A DNA stretch of 64,000 nt, taken from contig JALDTO010000137.1 in assembly GCA_023515725.1 (NCBI GenBank), positions 62,001-126,000 on the forward strand. Reading direction: 5' to 3'. The notes beneath the pieces are model-generated. The model did not search any database. It saw nothing but the letters and a program-made list of their open reading frames with translations, and had not been told where the DNA came from. Both the position numbers and the translations under genes were made by a program. The DNA is from Amoeboaphelidium protococcarum X5 (taxonomy: Eukaryota > Fungi > Aphelidiomycota). Positions 27,695 to 41,337 of the stretch are shown in pieces. How positions within the stretch are numbered: the stretch's first letter is position 1; each line of letters opens with the position of its first letter.

Positions 27695-29098
27695 ATGACA
27701 AGGAAGAAGAGTAAAAAGAAAGCTAAGAGCAAAAGTAATAAATAGTCATAGCCAGAGTAATCAATTGAGACTGAAATAAATGACGCGAACGTTGGTAATA
27801 ATAGTAGCATAGATCAAAGTGAATATGATCTCGAATTACCAGAGTTGGTTGACGTTCCTGATGCTCCTCCAGCTTAACAATTATCAAGGCAGCGTACTAT
27901 ATTGGATGCTAAATAGAATTAATCTGTACGTGATATTAGCGAGTCTCCTCAAAATACTCAAGTCAAGTCTGATGCATCTCCGCGATCGGCGTCAACTAGC
28001 AGAAAATCCAGCTCTAAATATCGTTTCTACTATAAAGAGCCTTCATCGCCTGCCGAATCTGATGCACAAGAGACAGCTCAAGATTAAGAATTAATTCCTA
28101 TAGCGACTGATGCCGGTCATGCAGTAAAGTTACGTGCGTCTTAAAATATTGATTAAGTCGTGGAAGCTAATTCAATCGCTCCTCATAAGAAGATTGTCAA
28201 TGTTAGATTGTGGAGCGTGTTCTTAAAGCATATTCTGCCTTTAATTGTTAAATGGGAATGCTAAAGAATTAAAGACAATGGATATCAAGCCGGCCTAGTT
28301 ATACTGTAGTTGATGCTCAACATCAAGAGGGAGTCGTTTTATCACGAACGCGTATTGATGCAACTGTCCAAGAGTGATTTGCGAGACGTTGACTTGTCCA
28401 ATGCGTTTGGTACTGAGGCTTTTAAAGTTCGGTTCATCAAAGAGTTCTTTCTGCATTATAAGCATTTGGCAACGAAGCGCTTCACGTTCTCATGCAATTA
28501 TCATGAGATTGATGAGTGTACCGAGTTTTTGCCTTTTATATATACTGTCCAGCTGATTTTGAAAAGCAATCCGTCAATTGGTCGGGCTGAACATTAAACT
28601 GAATATCCTGAAGATTTATTTGACAAGATTATTAGCAAGTACGAGTCTGACAGTAAGCAAGTTGCTACCAGCAAGAAGCCGTACTATTTCTACATGCTGT
28701 TCTGTGCTGCACATAATCTATATGGCAATGAGTATCCACCAGTGTGGAATAATCCGTACATAATCATTTAAAAGTTGCAGAATGGCAAAGTTGCAGATTT
28801 AAATGTTTTGAAGGCTATATGTTGGTCAATGCTGAGACCATTTGGTCATTACGAGTGTCGATAGGCAGGTGTTGATGATTCTGAATTAGTTGGCGTATAT
28901 TTGTAAAATTTTATAGATATATTTCGGGACGGTGTGAGCATTAATTTGCAAAAGGTATCTAACAAGTACACGATTGCAAAGGCTGTTTAGGACTCCATTT
29001 AATCTCTCATTCCAGCTTACAAGGATTGGATCCTTTAAAGGAGCATGTGTGACTAGGATTCTGGTTCTGATCTTAAAATGGAAACATAGACCGAATGA
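27695..29098 (+). CDS. Orphan family member C (467 aa), distant paralog of A/B with a long disordered N-terminus
   Basis: MTRKKSKKK start. VFLKHILPLIVKWECQRIKDNG and SMLRPFGHYECRQAG align by eye with motifs of A/B. Confidence 0.7.
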
Positions 29099-29491
29099 AT
29101 AAGGCGTATAAAACATAGAATTTGTATAACATTGTTGATGTACTTGCGCGTAAATAAGGTAGTTGATTAACTACACTGGGCATCAATTGCTTTCTTTTAA
29201 CTTAACTGACGTCTCAAATTTTGTTTCAATTTATCGCGTTTAAGTGAACACTCTCTCGCGACATTAAGGTGGACGCTTTGGAAAGTTAAAAAATTGACAA
29301 TGCGCGCTCTGCATGCAAATTTACTTTCACTTACTGTCTAAACAGCTGTAGCATTTATTTTTGTAAACTTTAATCTCACTCTTCCTCGAAGATATAACGT
29401 GCTCCATCATTAATTGAGTGATTGAGGCGCAAAACACAGATAGTCAAATGAGAAAATGTATTTTACTCATTTAATACAATCTTAATCTGTG

Positions 29492-30937
29492 TCAGTAATT
29501 GTCTCGCATTAAAGACGGAGTCCAGTTGAGTATTGGATGAGTCTAAGGCGTGGCGTTAGGATCTTCTTTCCAAATCTTGATCAATTTATCAGCTTCCCCT
29601 GTAATCAGTCTTGAGCCGGTAATATCAAAAGATGAGCAGAAAATCCCAGCGTCACTCTCAACATTGTCGATTCCCAATTTGGTTCCTGTCTACTAGAATG
29701 AGTACCCAGATTTATAATCCCAGAATTGCATCGAGCCATCGTCACCTACACAAAAACTAAAAATTGGCATTGTATTCAATACCTAGTTAGAATTTGCGCA
29801 AACTTACCTCCGCTGAAGAGCACATTATCTTCATTTATGGATACTGTGTTTAACAATGCATTGTGTCCTTGCAAATTCTGCAGTAACTTTCCATCATATC
29901 CTCTCCATTACTTGATGCCATCTTATGACGCGGAGCAGAACGAAAACTCCACAGGATTGCTAGCCAGAGCTCTTACACCTTTCTTGTGATGAGTCAAAGT
30001 GGTCATAGTCTTTCCTGCTGCCAGATCATACATTCGAATTGTGGAATCCATAGAGCCGGATATGACTTGTGGGTCCACTTCTTAACAAAGGAGAGAGGTG
30101 ATGGTATGAGAGTGACCGCGCAGAATATGAACACAATCACGCGTTCTTATATCCCAACATCTAACCACCGAATCTCTGCCACCTGTAAAGCACAAGTCCA
30201 ATGTCGGATGTAACGATAAAGAATAAACTCCACTGCTATGTCCGTGATAATGTCGTATAACTTTGTTCACTTCCAGATCCCAACATTTCACTTGATTATC
30301 TTCCCCGGCACTGAACAAATATGGCGAGCGTTTAGATATGGCCATTGCACGGACAGTAGAGATGTGTCCGGTAAGAGATAACTTCAAAGTACCGGATGCC
30401 AGATCCCAAATCTTGATCATTCTATCCGCAGAGCCTGTGGCAAACCACTCATTAGTGTGATCAACCGCAACGCAGCGAACCCAACCGACATGGCCTCCAA
30501 TGACACGCGCCAACTTCCATGGAGCATGCCACTCTGGTCTAGGTACGTCTCTACGTTGAAACTTGATTAGAGACTCTTTGGTAGGTATTTCAAAATCTTG
30601 AGTGAGAACCCCGCCACCTTCTTATAATTGCGTTATAGAGCGCTAACCAGCGTTATCCCCATTCTCATCATATTCAATGTCAAAAGTCTAGTTCTAAATA
30701 GCATCAGCGGACTACAAGGCTCGAAGTATGATGGCATCGACATCTCTACACTAAACCAAAAATGGTCGATTAGTGTGAGTTTTTATCGTGTCTAGCGTAA
30801 AATACTTACACGTTATAATCTAAAAAGCTTTATTCACCGTACAATACGTCAGTCAATTTGGAATTCTCCTTCAGTAAATCTGTAAGAGTAGCTTTATTGA
30901 GCTATTTTATTGTTTGATTTGACTCTGTACTATCCAT
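29492..30937 (-). CDS. PRP46: Pre-mRNA splicing factor Prp46/PLRG1; intron 30746-30809
   Basis: [28 protein letters not shown]...[11 protein letters not shown]...[16 protein letters not shown]...[13 protein letters not shown]. Confidence 0.95.
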
Positions 30938-31400
30938 TGTGTAAGTGTAATTGATCAGTTTTAGAAATGGACGAAAACAGAAAATAAGACGGGCAAAGTC
31001 AAGACGCGTTTTTCAAATATAGAGATCTGCATTGTAATGCAAGTTTAATACACCCAATAACTATGTATAATTTTGCAACATAAATCTTTTTAAGAAATGA
31101 CTTTGTTTATGTAACTATTTTCTAAGTTTTATTATATCACTCACTATACTATCGTTTACTCATTTGGGCGCTAAGACACCAAGTGTGCTATTTATAGAAC
31201 GTGTAATTACCACAATATCTCAGGCCTTTGATGAAAAAGATATTATACTTTCAGACACGGCATTCTTCTCCAAATTTAGACTTACTCTCATTGATAAGAT
31301 AATCCGTCCAATTCAAATATTAAAATGGAGTTTTAATAATCAGTCTAAATGTAAGTGTTGACCATTGTTTCATATTCAATATCGACACTAACAAGTTGCA

Positions 31401-33869
31401 ATGTGTAGTGATGCCAGCTTGAACTAAAATGCTCTTACAGTGTAAAAGTTATCAATGTTGGTCAAAGTTATTCTTCCACAGGGACATACAACTCTAGTTT
31501 AAGTTACCGAGGACAATACCGTCGAAGATTTACTTTTAATGGTGTGTTAGCGCAAAGTGTTGGTTGCAACAGATTTTGATGTGCTGATTAAATCGCCGTT
31601 ATCAGATATTGAAACAATTGCCCCATTAGATTCATAGTTTATCTCCTATGGCGTAAAAGAAATTAGACTTCAAGATAAGCGAAATCAATCAACTGCTAAT
31701 GGAAACTCAGATTCATAAGCAAGTACGCCTATCAGTAAAGGTAGAAGATAGTCCCAGATTCGGTTGGTGAAGCATGAAGGGGCCCCGATGGCAGCTATTG
31801 AAGTGCCTCAATCAGTGATGACGAAAGTTGATGATCAAAGCACTGATAAGGGCGATAAGAGCAAGCGTAAATCTAATCCGCTGTAAAGCTTGGCCTAAAT
31901 ATTCAAGGATAAGAAATTTGGGATCAGCGTTAGTAATAGTAGTGCCAGTATACTGCCGATAGTTGAGCGACCAGATGTTGTTGTTGTTGCTGATGTACCG
32001 GACAAGTAGCCCGTCTCCCATTAAAGCTCGCGAGTTTCTGATGACCTACTAGATCACGATGTAGCAGAGTCCTTCACAACATCTAAACCCGGTTCCACTA
32101 TTTCCGATAGTCGAAGCCACGTGCCTGCTGATAGTGTAGATGATTTCGTGGACATGTACGACGATGTCAGCTAAATGACTCCAACATCGCCCGGACCTGT
32201 TAGTCCAGTTGTTTTCGATAGAAAGCGCGCGTAGTCGACAGGCAGGGCGTCGTAGAGTACTTTGCGCAGGAGTCAGTTGCGAACTCCTTCGATTTAAAGC
32301 CAAAGTTCCGATTCTGATCCTGCTGGTCAACCGTAATCCCCTAATGCTTCAAGAGAGTTTATACTTCTCCGTGTGCGTCTGGATGCCGAGTTTACAACAA
32401 TCAAGTTGCCATCATCTGCCACGTTAGAAGATGTTCTGCTCAAAGCTATTGAACGATTTACGGCTATGAAAAATGAAGACGACAAGCTGTAGGTGGAAGA
32501 ATACACATTGGCGAATGTCGATGGATCAAAGCTGGAGATGGATCGTTCTATCGGTTACGTGAAGTAGCAGTATAATGTTCAAGAGATTTAATTGATCAAG
32601 GCTGAGAAGTGTTACAGCACCATGTGCATGTACGAGGATGGGAAGGAGGTGATGATATTACAAAACAATAATGGTACGATGCAAGTCATGGCGGCAACAT
32701 AGGAGAAGTTGATTGAGTATGCGACTGATGATACAATGTCCACCTGTGAGTCTGAATTCAGTGATATCTTACTGATGGCTTTCAGATCATTTATGAAGCC
32801 AGCAGACTTTTTTGACTGCTTGATTGCGCGATTCAACGCAGAACTTCCACCTGATCCCACTTAAGAAGAAGTTGAATATTACAACAAGACTAAAGTTGTG
32901 TTATAATAGAGAGTGGTTGCCATAATGTAGTGGTGGGTGAAATATCATTGGCACGACTTTGCGACTAATCCAGATCTAAAGTTGGATCTAGAAGAGTTTA
33001 TCGATGCTCTGCAAACTAATGAATCGTACGCTAATGCTGTGCATGAGTTTAGACAAATAATTGAGGATCAGACTGACAGAGAGGAGCAGATTCAGGATTA
33101 GCGTTTGAAGATTATGAAGAGTAACCGTAAAACGATGGAGAGTATGTTTGAAGAGATTGATCCCACAGTGCTGGCTGAACAAATGTGCATTTATAATTTC
33201 TAATGGTTCTGCCACATTCATCCTATTGAATTCCTGAATTAAATATGGAGGAAGAAAGAGGATGAACCAGAAATTTGGGCAACACCTAATCTGGATTTCT
33301 TCAGTGGATGTTTTAATCGCGAGAGCTATTGGGTTGCGACAGAACTTGTAAATTAGAAGGATCTGAAGAAGCGTGTCAACATCTTGAAAAAGTTTATCGC
33401 CCTCTCCAAGGCATCTATGGAGAAGTAGAATTACTTTAGCATGTTCAGCATCTATGTCGGTCTCAATCTGGGACCAGTGTAGAGATTGAAAAAGACTTGG
33501 GATTAGTTGCCGGCCAAAGTGCGATAGACTTACGATGAAGTTGAGAAGGCATGTGATCCATCGCGTAATATGAAAGCTTACCGCGAGATGCTCTCTGCCG
33601 CCGCTCCTCCCATCATCCCGTTCATACCAATCTATCTGAAGGATTTGACTTTTATGCAGGATGGCAATGAGAAATACTTTAAAGGTCTGTTGAACTTTGA
33701 AAAGTTGCGCATGATGGCTAATCGCGTCAAAGAAATTTAGAAACTGACCAATACTCCGTTCACGTATGAACCGGTGCCGGCCATTTAGAATTACCTCACC
33801 AAGCCACCAATCGAAATGAACTTGGCCAAACTGAAGGAAGAAAGTCTCAAATGCGAATCAAATGACTGA
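31401..33869 (+). CDS. RasGEF (REM and CDC25) with two N-terminal ubiquitin-like/Ras-binding domains
   Basis: VILPQGHTTLVQV (RBD-like). AATQEKLIEY...FRSFM (REM). FNRESYWVATEL...NYFSM...VQRLKKTW...IPFIPIYLKDLTFMQDGN...NFEKLR. Confidence 0.88.
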
Positions 33870-34030
33870 CTGAATTTATGAATGAGTACTATATACAGTA
33901 AGAAAAGATTACTGTTCTAGAATGAGGATACTTTACAGTTGTTTCTCGCGTCAGTTTTTGAATTTCCTTTTCTTCGTCTAAACGCGCTATATTCATATTC
34001 TGATAGTCGGTCAGTCAGTCAGTCAATACA

Positions 34031-34919
34031 ATGTCGAGCAGTTATACAGACAAGGCGGGACTTATCTCGAATGCCGGTCCTATGCCGCAGTCTCAGACAG
34101 TGGTTGATATTGGTGGAAGTGGTGGTGGAAGTCCAGTTCAAGGTAAAATGACTTCTAGCGGTCAGTCACAATCAATGTCAGGTGGTGGAATTGAGTAATA
34201 GCAATAACAAGATGAGAACGCATTAAGACAGATTTTCAAAGCTAGCAGGTAATTTAAATGTTATTCTGCGACTTACTTATACCCTTGATATTTTTACTAT
34301 AGTTCTATATCTATGTAGTCATCCGAGGATGTTATTTTTCCATCTGTTGTTTAGAAGTGTCGCCATACTGGTCTATGTGTTGGCATCGTTCATCTTTACA
34401 GATTCGTTCATCCTGGCCTTTATCACAATAACTATCCTCTTGTCTTTTGACTTTTGGACTGTCAAGAATTTGAGTGGAAGATTCTTGGTGGGCCTTCGAT
34501 GGTGGAATGATAGCGAGGTGTCTTCTGCAGTTGAATCTTCTGGTTCATAATAAGCACCTGGCGTGTAATAGAATGATAAGGGACGCTGGGTATTTGAGTC
34601 CAGACCACCTAGCCATCCATAGAACAAGACTGATGCGCGGGTATTCTGGTGGTCTTTGTACATTACCCAGGTGGCATGGATAGTATTTTTGATCGTTTCG
34701 ATTATAAAGTTGAATTTCACCTGGCTATTGCTGGTTATGTTGGCTCTCTCACTCAATACTGCCAACCTGGTCGGCTATAGTAGATGTGAGAAGGATAGGA
34801 AGCAGAGATATAAGAACAATAACTTTTTCTCTGTCAACACTGGACTACTGGGTGATATGATGATGGGTGGTGGAAGTGGTGGTCAGTTTGGCATGATGGC
34901 CAAGATGTTTGGGCGTTGA
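34031..34919 (+). CDS. TVP23: Golgi membrane protein Tvp23; intron 34249-34318
   Basis: SHPRMLFFHLLFR...DFWTVKNLSGRFLVGLRWWN...WVFES...NLVGYSRC. Confidence 0.92.
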
Positions 34920-35091
34920 ATTGTTCGTTATTCATTAGCGGATTTTATGAATTACATTTCTACTACCTACCACTTTAATGAAATGTTGTTTAAATATACC
35001 GGTTCAATTGATCGTTCGTATTGACACTGTTGCAATTTTGACTGAATGTTATTATAAAGTTCAAGGCTTTATTTAGTTTATCTACTTATGA

Positions 35092-36243
35092 TCATTAGTC
35101 AAGATCTTGTTTGAAAGCAGATATAAGCTGAGGGAGCGATACGATATTAGGATTCCAGTCCCAAATTTGGCGTGCTCTACTATCATCCAGCGATCGTGGC
35201 CACTTGGCGGCAATTCCATCTCGGATCCTGTCACAACCATATTAGACAGATGGACAATCATTGGATAATTTTAGATCCTTTTAAATAGCCTTCATTAACT
35301 GCTGCGGCGTAAATGACAGCCCAGTAATGTTATACACTGGATCGTGATTCTACAGTTGAGAGTAATCAGTTTCCATAATTTTTTAAATCCCATCCAGACA
35401 ATCATCAATGTACATCATTGGCAATTCAGCATCTTTACTAAGCGGACAATCGTAGTTAACATCACGTAGCGATTTAACTGAACCATCTCCGCCATAGCAC
35501 AAGTTGAGCATGTCGATTGCATAATCAGTGGTTCCATTTCCAGCTAGACCAACTGAAGAACCTCGTTCCATAGGAGCACTGATGATCCCAGGTAGTCGCA
35601 CACTCCTAAAATCCATACCAAACTTGTCTCTGTAATAGCGACCCAACTGTTCCATGTAGACTTTGCTTATACCGTAAATAGTGTCAGGCTGCTATAGTGC
35701 CGCATCAGCCACCCGATGAGCGAGACCTTGTACAACATCTTAAGCAGAGAACGCGTATACTCCAATGGTGGATGGGCAAAACACTCGCTAGACGCCGTGC
35801 CTGACGGAGACATCAAAAACATTCTTCACGCCATCCAGATTGAGTTTCAATGCAGAATGGATGTCAAGTTCAGCTTTGTACGACAGGTAGGCAGATAGAT
35901 GTATAATCCAGTCTATCCTCTAGTCTACCACGACGCGATCCAAGTCTTGCGCGTCAAGAACGTTCAAGTATGAGAAATTTTAGAATATTCCAGATGCAGA
36001 TAATGTCGGCGGTTTCCGGATATCAGTTGGCAACACGAACTAGTATTTACTTTTCAATCGTCTCGTAAAGCCAACACCCAGCTGACCGAGAGCACCAGTA
36101 ATGAGAATGCGTGGAGATTAAACCATTGGATGAGATGAATGCAATAATCTTAGTACGGTGTCAGGAAGTTATACTTGAGGACAAAATGCGCAGTAGTTTT
36201 AAGGATAGATTGCGGAGTATAAAAAAGCGTGAGAATTTACCAT
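35092..36243 (-). CDS. TDH: L-threonine 3-dehydrogenase (extended SDR); start uncertain
   Basis: RILITGALGQLG...PDTIYGISKVYMEQLGRYY...DFRSVRLPGIIS...GTTDYA...LPMMYIDDCL...WPRSLDD. Confidence 0.88.
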
Positions 36244-36521
36244 AGAATTTCGCGCGATTACTGATCATCTCCTGTCTCACATCTTGTCTCGATTGAAATA
36301 AGTTACGCGATTGCCATAGTACGTTAAAATAAAATTATTATTAAAACTAAGAGATTTACAGGGACTATAAACTAATCTTGGGGTGAATGATGGCGCCGGG
36401 ACTAGTTTTAACGCGTGCGCTCTGTAAAAACAATATAAGCACTGTATCATTTCATTTATAAGAGATTTTATATTTCAGTTACAAATATTTCATTAATTCA
36501 CAGCTAATATCCCATTTAAAA

Positions 36522-37541
36522 TCAAAATGTCATTTGTTGAGCGTCATACTGCTTGTCTTTACCGACGCGACTTTCCACATACTCAATGGCGCCGACAGTC
36601 ATTTCCCACGGGCGGAGAAACGATCTTAGGACAGAGTAGGCTTCATTTGCAGAATTTCTACTAATAAATCTCGGTTCAGGCTACGACATTAGCGGTTCAG
36701 GATTGATCATTGCACGCCAAATACGACGATTGTGTTCATCAACGCGATTAAACAATGCATCCAAGTGACCTTGAACCAGCTGAATCTTCTCCCTCACTAG
36801 ATCTTCATTCAAACTCTCAGGCAAATGACGACGCAGATCTGGAGACACTACAGCGATATCAGAGCCACTTTACAACGATTTTTTCAATGTGCTCAGAGTG
36901 CGAAATTTGATCAATGCTAATGCGAGAACCATCTCAATCTGAGCGTATTTATGAACAAATTCACTGGGCAATTCGTCCACAAAGTTGTGATCCTTATAAT
37001 GCAGATAAGGAAGCTCCATATTGCCCCAGTCGTAGTGATCATCTGGGTAGCACGTATACCACTTGATAAAGTCATAGCACTTCTACTCCGTGCCAAGCAT
37101 GAGAAAGATGGCAGGCAGTATTTGACGTACACCAATGTTATCACCACGGCACAGTCTCAGCATCTCCATGAAATACTCCTCAGCCTTCTTCAATGTATCA
37201 GCAGTGCCAATACCTTCCAGGAAATGCATAGCGACTTGATGTTTAGCGCGCATGAACGGGCGAGTCTCCATAAAGCCCCAGAATTTTCCAATAAACTACT
37301 CATCCCAATAATTGCATGGCGTTCCAAGAAAGTCATCGCTATGACGCAGCTTACCGGACTCAACAGCTTCCTTCTTTAGCAGGCGCGTCAGCTAGTTACA
37401 GTTTGCGCGATGCTCCGATTCCCAGTCTTGCTTCTGATGCTCAATACCACAGTAGAATACTAGCTTACACCTGCCACATGCACGCAGCGTTGGCTCTGAG
37501 CTCTTACAAATATTACATTAACGTGTCAAATGAGTGTTCAT
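36522..37541 (-). CDS. MYND zinc-finger protein, paralog 1
   Basis: CNIC...CGRCKLVFYCGIEHQKQDWESEHRANC. EMLRLCRGDNIGVRQILP...CYDFIKW. Confidence 0.85.
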
Positions 37542-37750
37542 CTTTGCGAAGATTTCAGGGTTAGAGGATGCCTATACTATACTCTGTGCAAAGTGGAATA
37601 ACGTTAAAAAGAAAATGAAACAGGCCGCGACGATTTCAACCAAACGCCACGTCAAGGCATCATAGAGCCGTTCAGAAATACGGTACCTAGGTGGTATAAA
37701 CGTCACGTAATTAGCATCATCATTTTACACACTAAAAATCCAAATTATAT

Positions 37751-38770
37751 TCAAAACTACTAAATCTCTGCGTCATACCGCGTGTCTTCTCTTAGACGAG
37801 TTTCAAGATACTCAATGGCGCCTTCTGTCCACTCCCATGGACGAAGAAACGATTTCACTATGGCGTAGGCTTCATTCGCAGTATTCTAAACTATCAACTC
37901 TGGCTCTTGTTAATTTATAAGCGGTCCTGGTTCTAGAATCGCGCGCCAAATGCGACGATTATGCTTGTCTATACGCTCAAACAGTATGTCAAAGTGCTTT
38001 TGTACAAGCAGAACCTTCTCTGTCAACACCTTCTCATTCAAATCTGCTGGCAAATGACGTAATAATACTTGAGGTAAACGAGATAAATCGCATTCCGAAT
38101 TTAAAGCATCCTTCAATGAGCGTAAAGCACGAAATTTAATTAACGCCAACGCCAAAACCATCTCAACATTGATGTACTCAGATATAAACTCTTCAGGTAA
38201 TTCGTCCAAGAAATTGTGCTGCTCATAATTTAAAAATGGAAGATCCATATTGCCCCAGTCGTATCCATTAACTGGATAACACTGAAACCACTTTATAAAA
38301 TCGTAACACTCCTGCTCTTTGCCAAGCATAAGATATACAGCAGGCAAAATCAAACGTACTCCAACATTGTCACTTCTGCAAAGACGTAACATCTCCAGGA
38401 AATACTCTTCCATCTTCTGGTAGGCATCAACACTACGCATCTTCTCCATGAAATGAATGGCCACATTGTACTTGGCGCACATGAAATTACGGGTTTCAGT
38501 CAACTCCCAAAAACTTCCAGCATATTTCTCATCCCAGAAATTCACAATTTTACCTGGCCACACTTCCATATGTCTCAATTTATCAGCTTCCACAGCTTCC
38601 TTCTTCAGCAAACGCTTCATTTTATTGCAATCAGCACCATGACCCCACTCAATGGCGTTTTATTCACACTCAGCGTTGCAGTAAAATACCAACTTACATT
38701 TTTTACAAGCATACAAAGGTACCCCGAAATCATTGCACATATGACAATGTCGATTAAAAGGGATGTTCAT
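37751..38770 (-). CDS. MYND zinc-finger protein, paralog 2
   Basis: CHMC...CKKCKLVFYCNAECE...HGADC. EMLRLCRSDNVGVRLILP...QECYDFIKW. Same length (1020 nt) as paralog 1. Confidence 0.85.
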
Positions 38771-39173
38771 ATCTGATCTAAAAAGGGAGTTATGAGTGAC
38801 AATTGGCTTGTGATACTGTACTGTTGAAACAATAGCAACAATGGAAATGCATACAGTAAGCTAAAACGAGTGAAACCGAATGAGAGCGAGGAACATCGCG
38901 TCGGACACAGATCTGAACAGTTTCATTACGAATGCATTTAAAGCACGCCAAGAAACTTCATTAATTGCTAATGAGGAGATTCAAGATTATATCATTGCAG
39001 ATAAGTCTTAAATAAATATATGGGAAATAGAAATAAGTCTTGAGTGAACAAATTGTGAGATATAATTCTTCACGTAGCTAATTTCGATCAGATGTATCAT
39101 ACATCGGAAGCACAATCACACATGGGCACGACGTATCAACTAATGGAGTCCACAGAGCTCAAAGCTTAGATAG

Positions 39174-40564
39174 TCATGCGGAAGCCAGAGACTTCTCACT
39201 GGTGATCTTCTTGGCCAGCTTGTTGTGAATCAAATCGATAAACTCAAAAGTCTCCACATAATCAGATTCCTTCATCTTGGCACCATGAATAGCCAAAGCC
39301 AAATCTTTAGTCATCTTACGGTCCTTGCCGATTAATTCCACACAAGACTCTTCCAACAAATCACACCACTTCTTCAGTCTAGCTGACTCGGCACCATCAG
39401 TCTCAGCATCCAACTTGGCACGATGCATCAGGCCACGAGTCCATGCAAATATTGACGCGACAGAATTCGTGCTCGTCTTGCCTCCCTTCTACCACACTCT
39501 GTAGTGACGCGTCACTGTGCCGTGAGCAGCCTCACTTTCAACAGTCTTTCCATCTGGTGACATTAGAACGGAAGTCATCAATCCCAGAGAACCATAGCCT
39601 TATGCAACGGTATCAGACTGAACATCTCCGTCATAATTCTTACATGCCCAAACGTAGCCACCATCAGACTTGATACAATACGCAACCATGTCGTCAATGA
39701 GACGATGTTCATACCACAATTTACGGGATTCAAACTCCTTCTTGTACTGAGTGTCATACAAACGCTAGAAAGTGTCCTTAAAAAGACCATCATAAGTTTT
39801 CAAAATGGTATTCTTTGTGCTCAAGTACAGGGGCATATTCTTCTACAAGGCCATCTTGAAAGAAGCATGGGCGAATCCCTCAATAGATGGCAGACTGTTG
39901 TACATGGACATGGCAACACCAGGCTCGGTAAACTTGTACACAGTCTCCTCCTTAACCGAGCCATCCTTATCAGAAGTGAATACCAATTTGAGGGTTCCAG
40001 GCTCATTCACACGCATCTCAGTGGCACGATACTAGTCACCAAATGCGTGTCTTCCAATAACAATAGGCTTATTCCATTGAGGAACCAGACGCGGAATACC
40101 GTCAATCAGAATAGGCTCTCTGAACACAGTACCATTCAAAATATTACGAATAGTACCATTAGGACTCTTCCACATCTTCTTCAATTTGAATTCCTCAACT
40201 CTGGCTTCGTCAGGCGTGATAGTTGCACATTTGATTCCCACATTACACTTTCTGATAGCCTCTGCAGCATCTACAGTAACCTTGTCATCAGTGGAATCTC
40301 TATGCTCCATGCCCAAATCAAAGTACAATAATCCATCGTTCTTCTCATTGCCAAACTACAGAAATGGAAGCACAAGCTTGTCCTTGATAGCCTTCCAGAT
40401 GACCCTTGTCATCTCATCGCCATCCATCTCCACCACCGGATTACGAACCTGTATTTTTTTAACTACAGACAGAAAATATAGAAATTACGACATTCATATT
40501 AAAATATAGTTAGAGCAATATCTTAAAAGTTGATCTTACAATTTTTTAGCATCTCTTCAGTCAT
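39174..40564 (-). CDS. IDH1: NADP-dependent isocitrate dehydrogenase, no obvious targeting peptide; intron 40463-40539
   Basis: [13 protein letters not shown]...[15 protein letters not shown]...[10 protein letters not shown]...HAFGDQY...[11 protein letters not shown]. Confidence 0.96.
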
Positions 40565-41210
40565 TTCTTATGTGATGGTGATAAAACTATCAAAATTTAA
40601 AATCGCTTCAAAATTATGAAATTGTTACAAAACGTTGATTAAATTGAATAAAGAAATAATAGTTACACTCCTTAGAATGAAATGAATGAACGAGTTAAAG
40701 ACTGGAATACTCAATAAGAGCCTGGCATTAAACGCGGTAGAGGAACGCGCGTGTATTGGTTGACTCACGTCTGGTCTGTTTCACCCCGCTAAGAGTATTA
40801 ACGCTCCTTTTACTGTACTGTTTTCATAATGGAAGGTGATGCTTAAAATGTTTTATTCTTTTCTTTTCATTTGGAGAGCCTTTACTTTAAAACAAGAGAT
40901 GTAAAACTATAGTACAGAATTGTGCGTTAAGGAGAGATTTAAACAATAGATTAAAAGATAAAGTTAAGGAGAGTATGTGCGCTGTACAGAATAGTTCAGA
41001 AATAATGACGTGATCAAATGGTATGAAACGCCTCGTCTGAAAATAGAATGGGGGCGTACGCGGTGAAAGCGTGAAAAGTGTGGCTGACCGACTAACACTA
41101 GCAGTAAAAGCTTATCGCGATTGAGAGATTGCCGAAAGTCAACCGACGCGCGCTCAAATTTGAAAAAATCAACAAAAGCCTCCTCCCCGATGCAATGACG
41201 CGCCATACTA

Positions 41211-41216
41211 AGAGAT

Positions 41217-41248
<32 letters not shown>

Positions 41249-41249
41249 C
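41211..41249 (+). repeat. Imperfect (GA)n tract in the IDH/SAM divergent promoter
   Basis: agagatagagagagagagagaaagagagagagagagagc. Confidence 0.8.
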
Positions 41250-41337
41250 AATAAAATTTTGAAAGAAAGCCTCCCGCCACGCGCTCTCATTTTCTTCTTC
41301 TCTTTAAGAGCTCAACACGACTCACATTTAAAAACTT

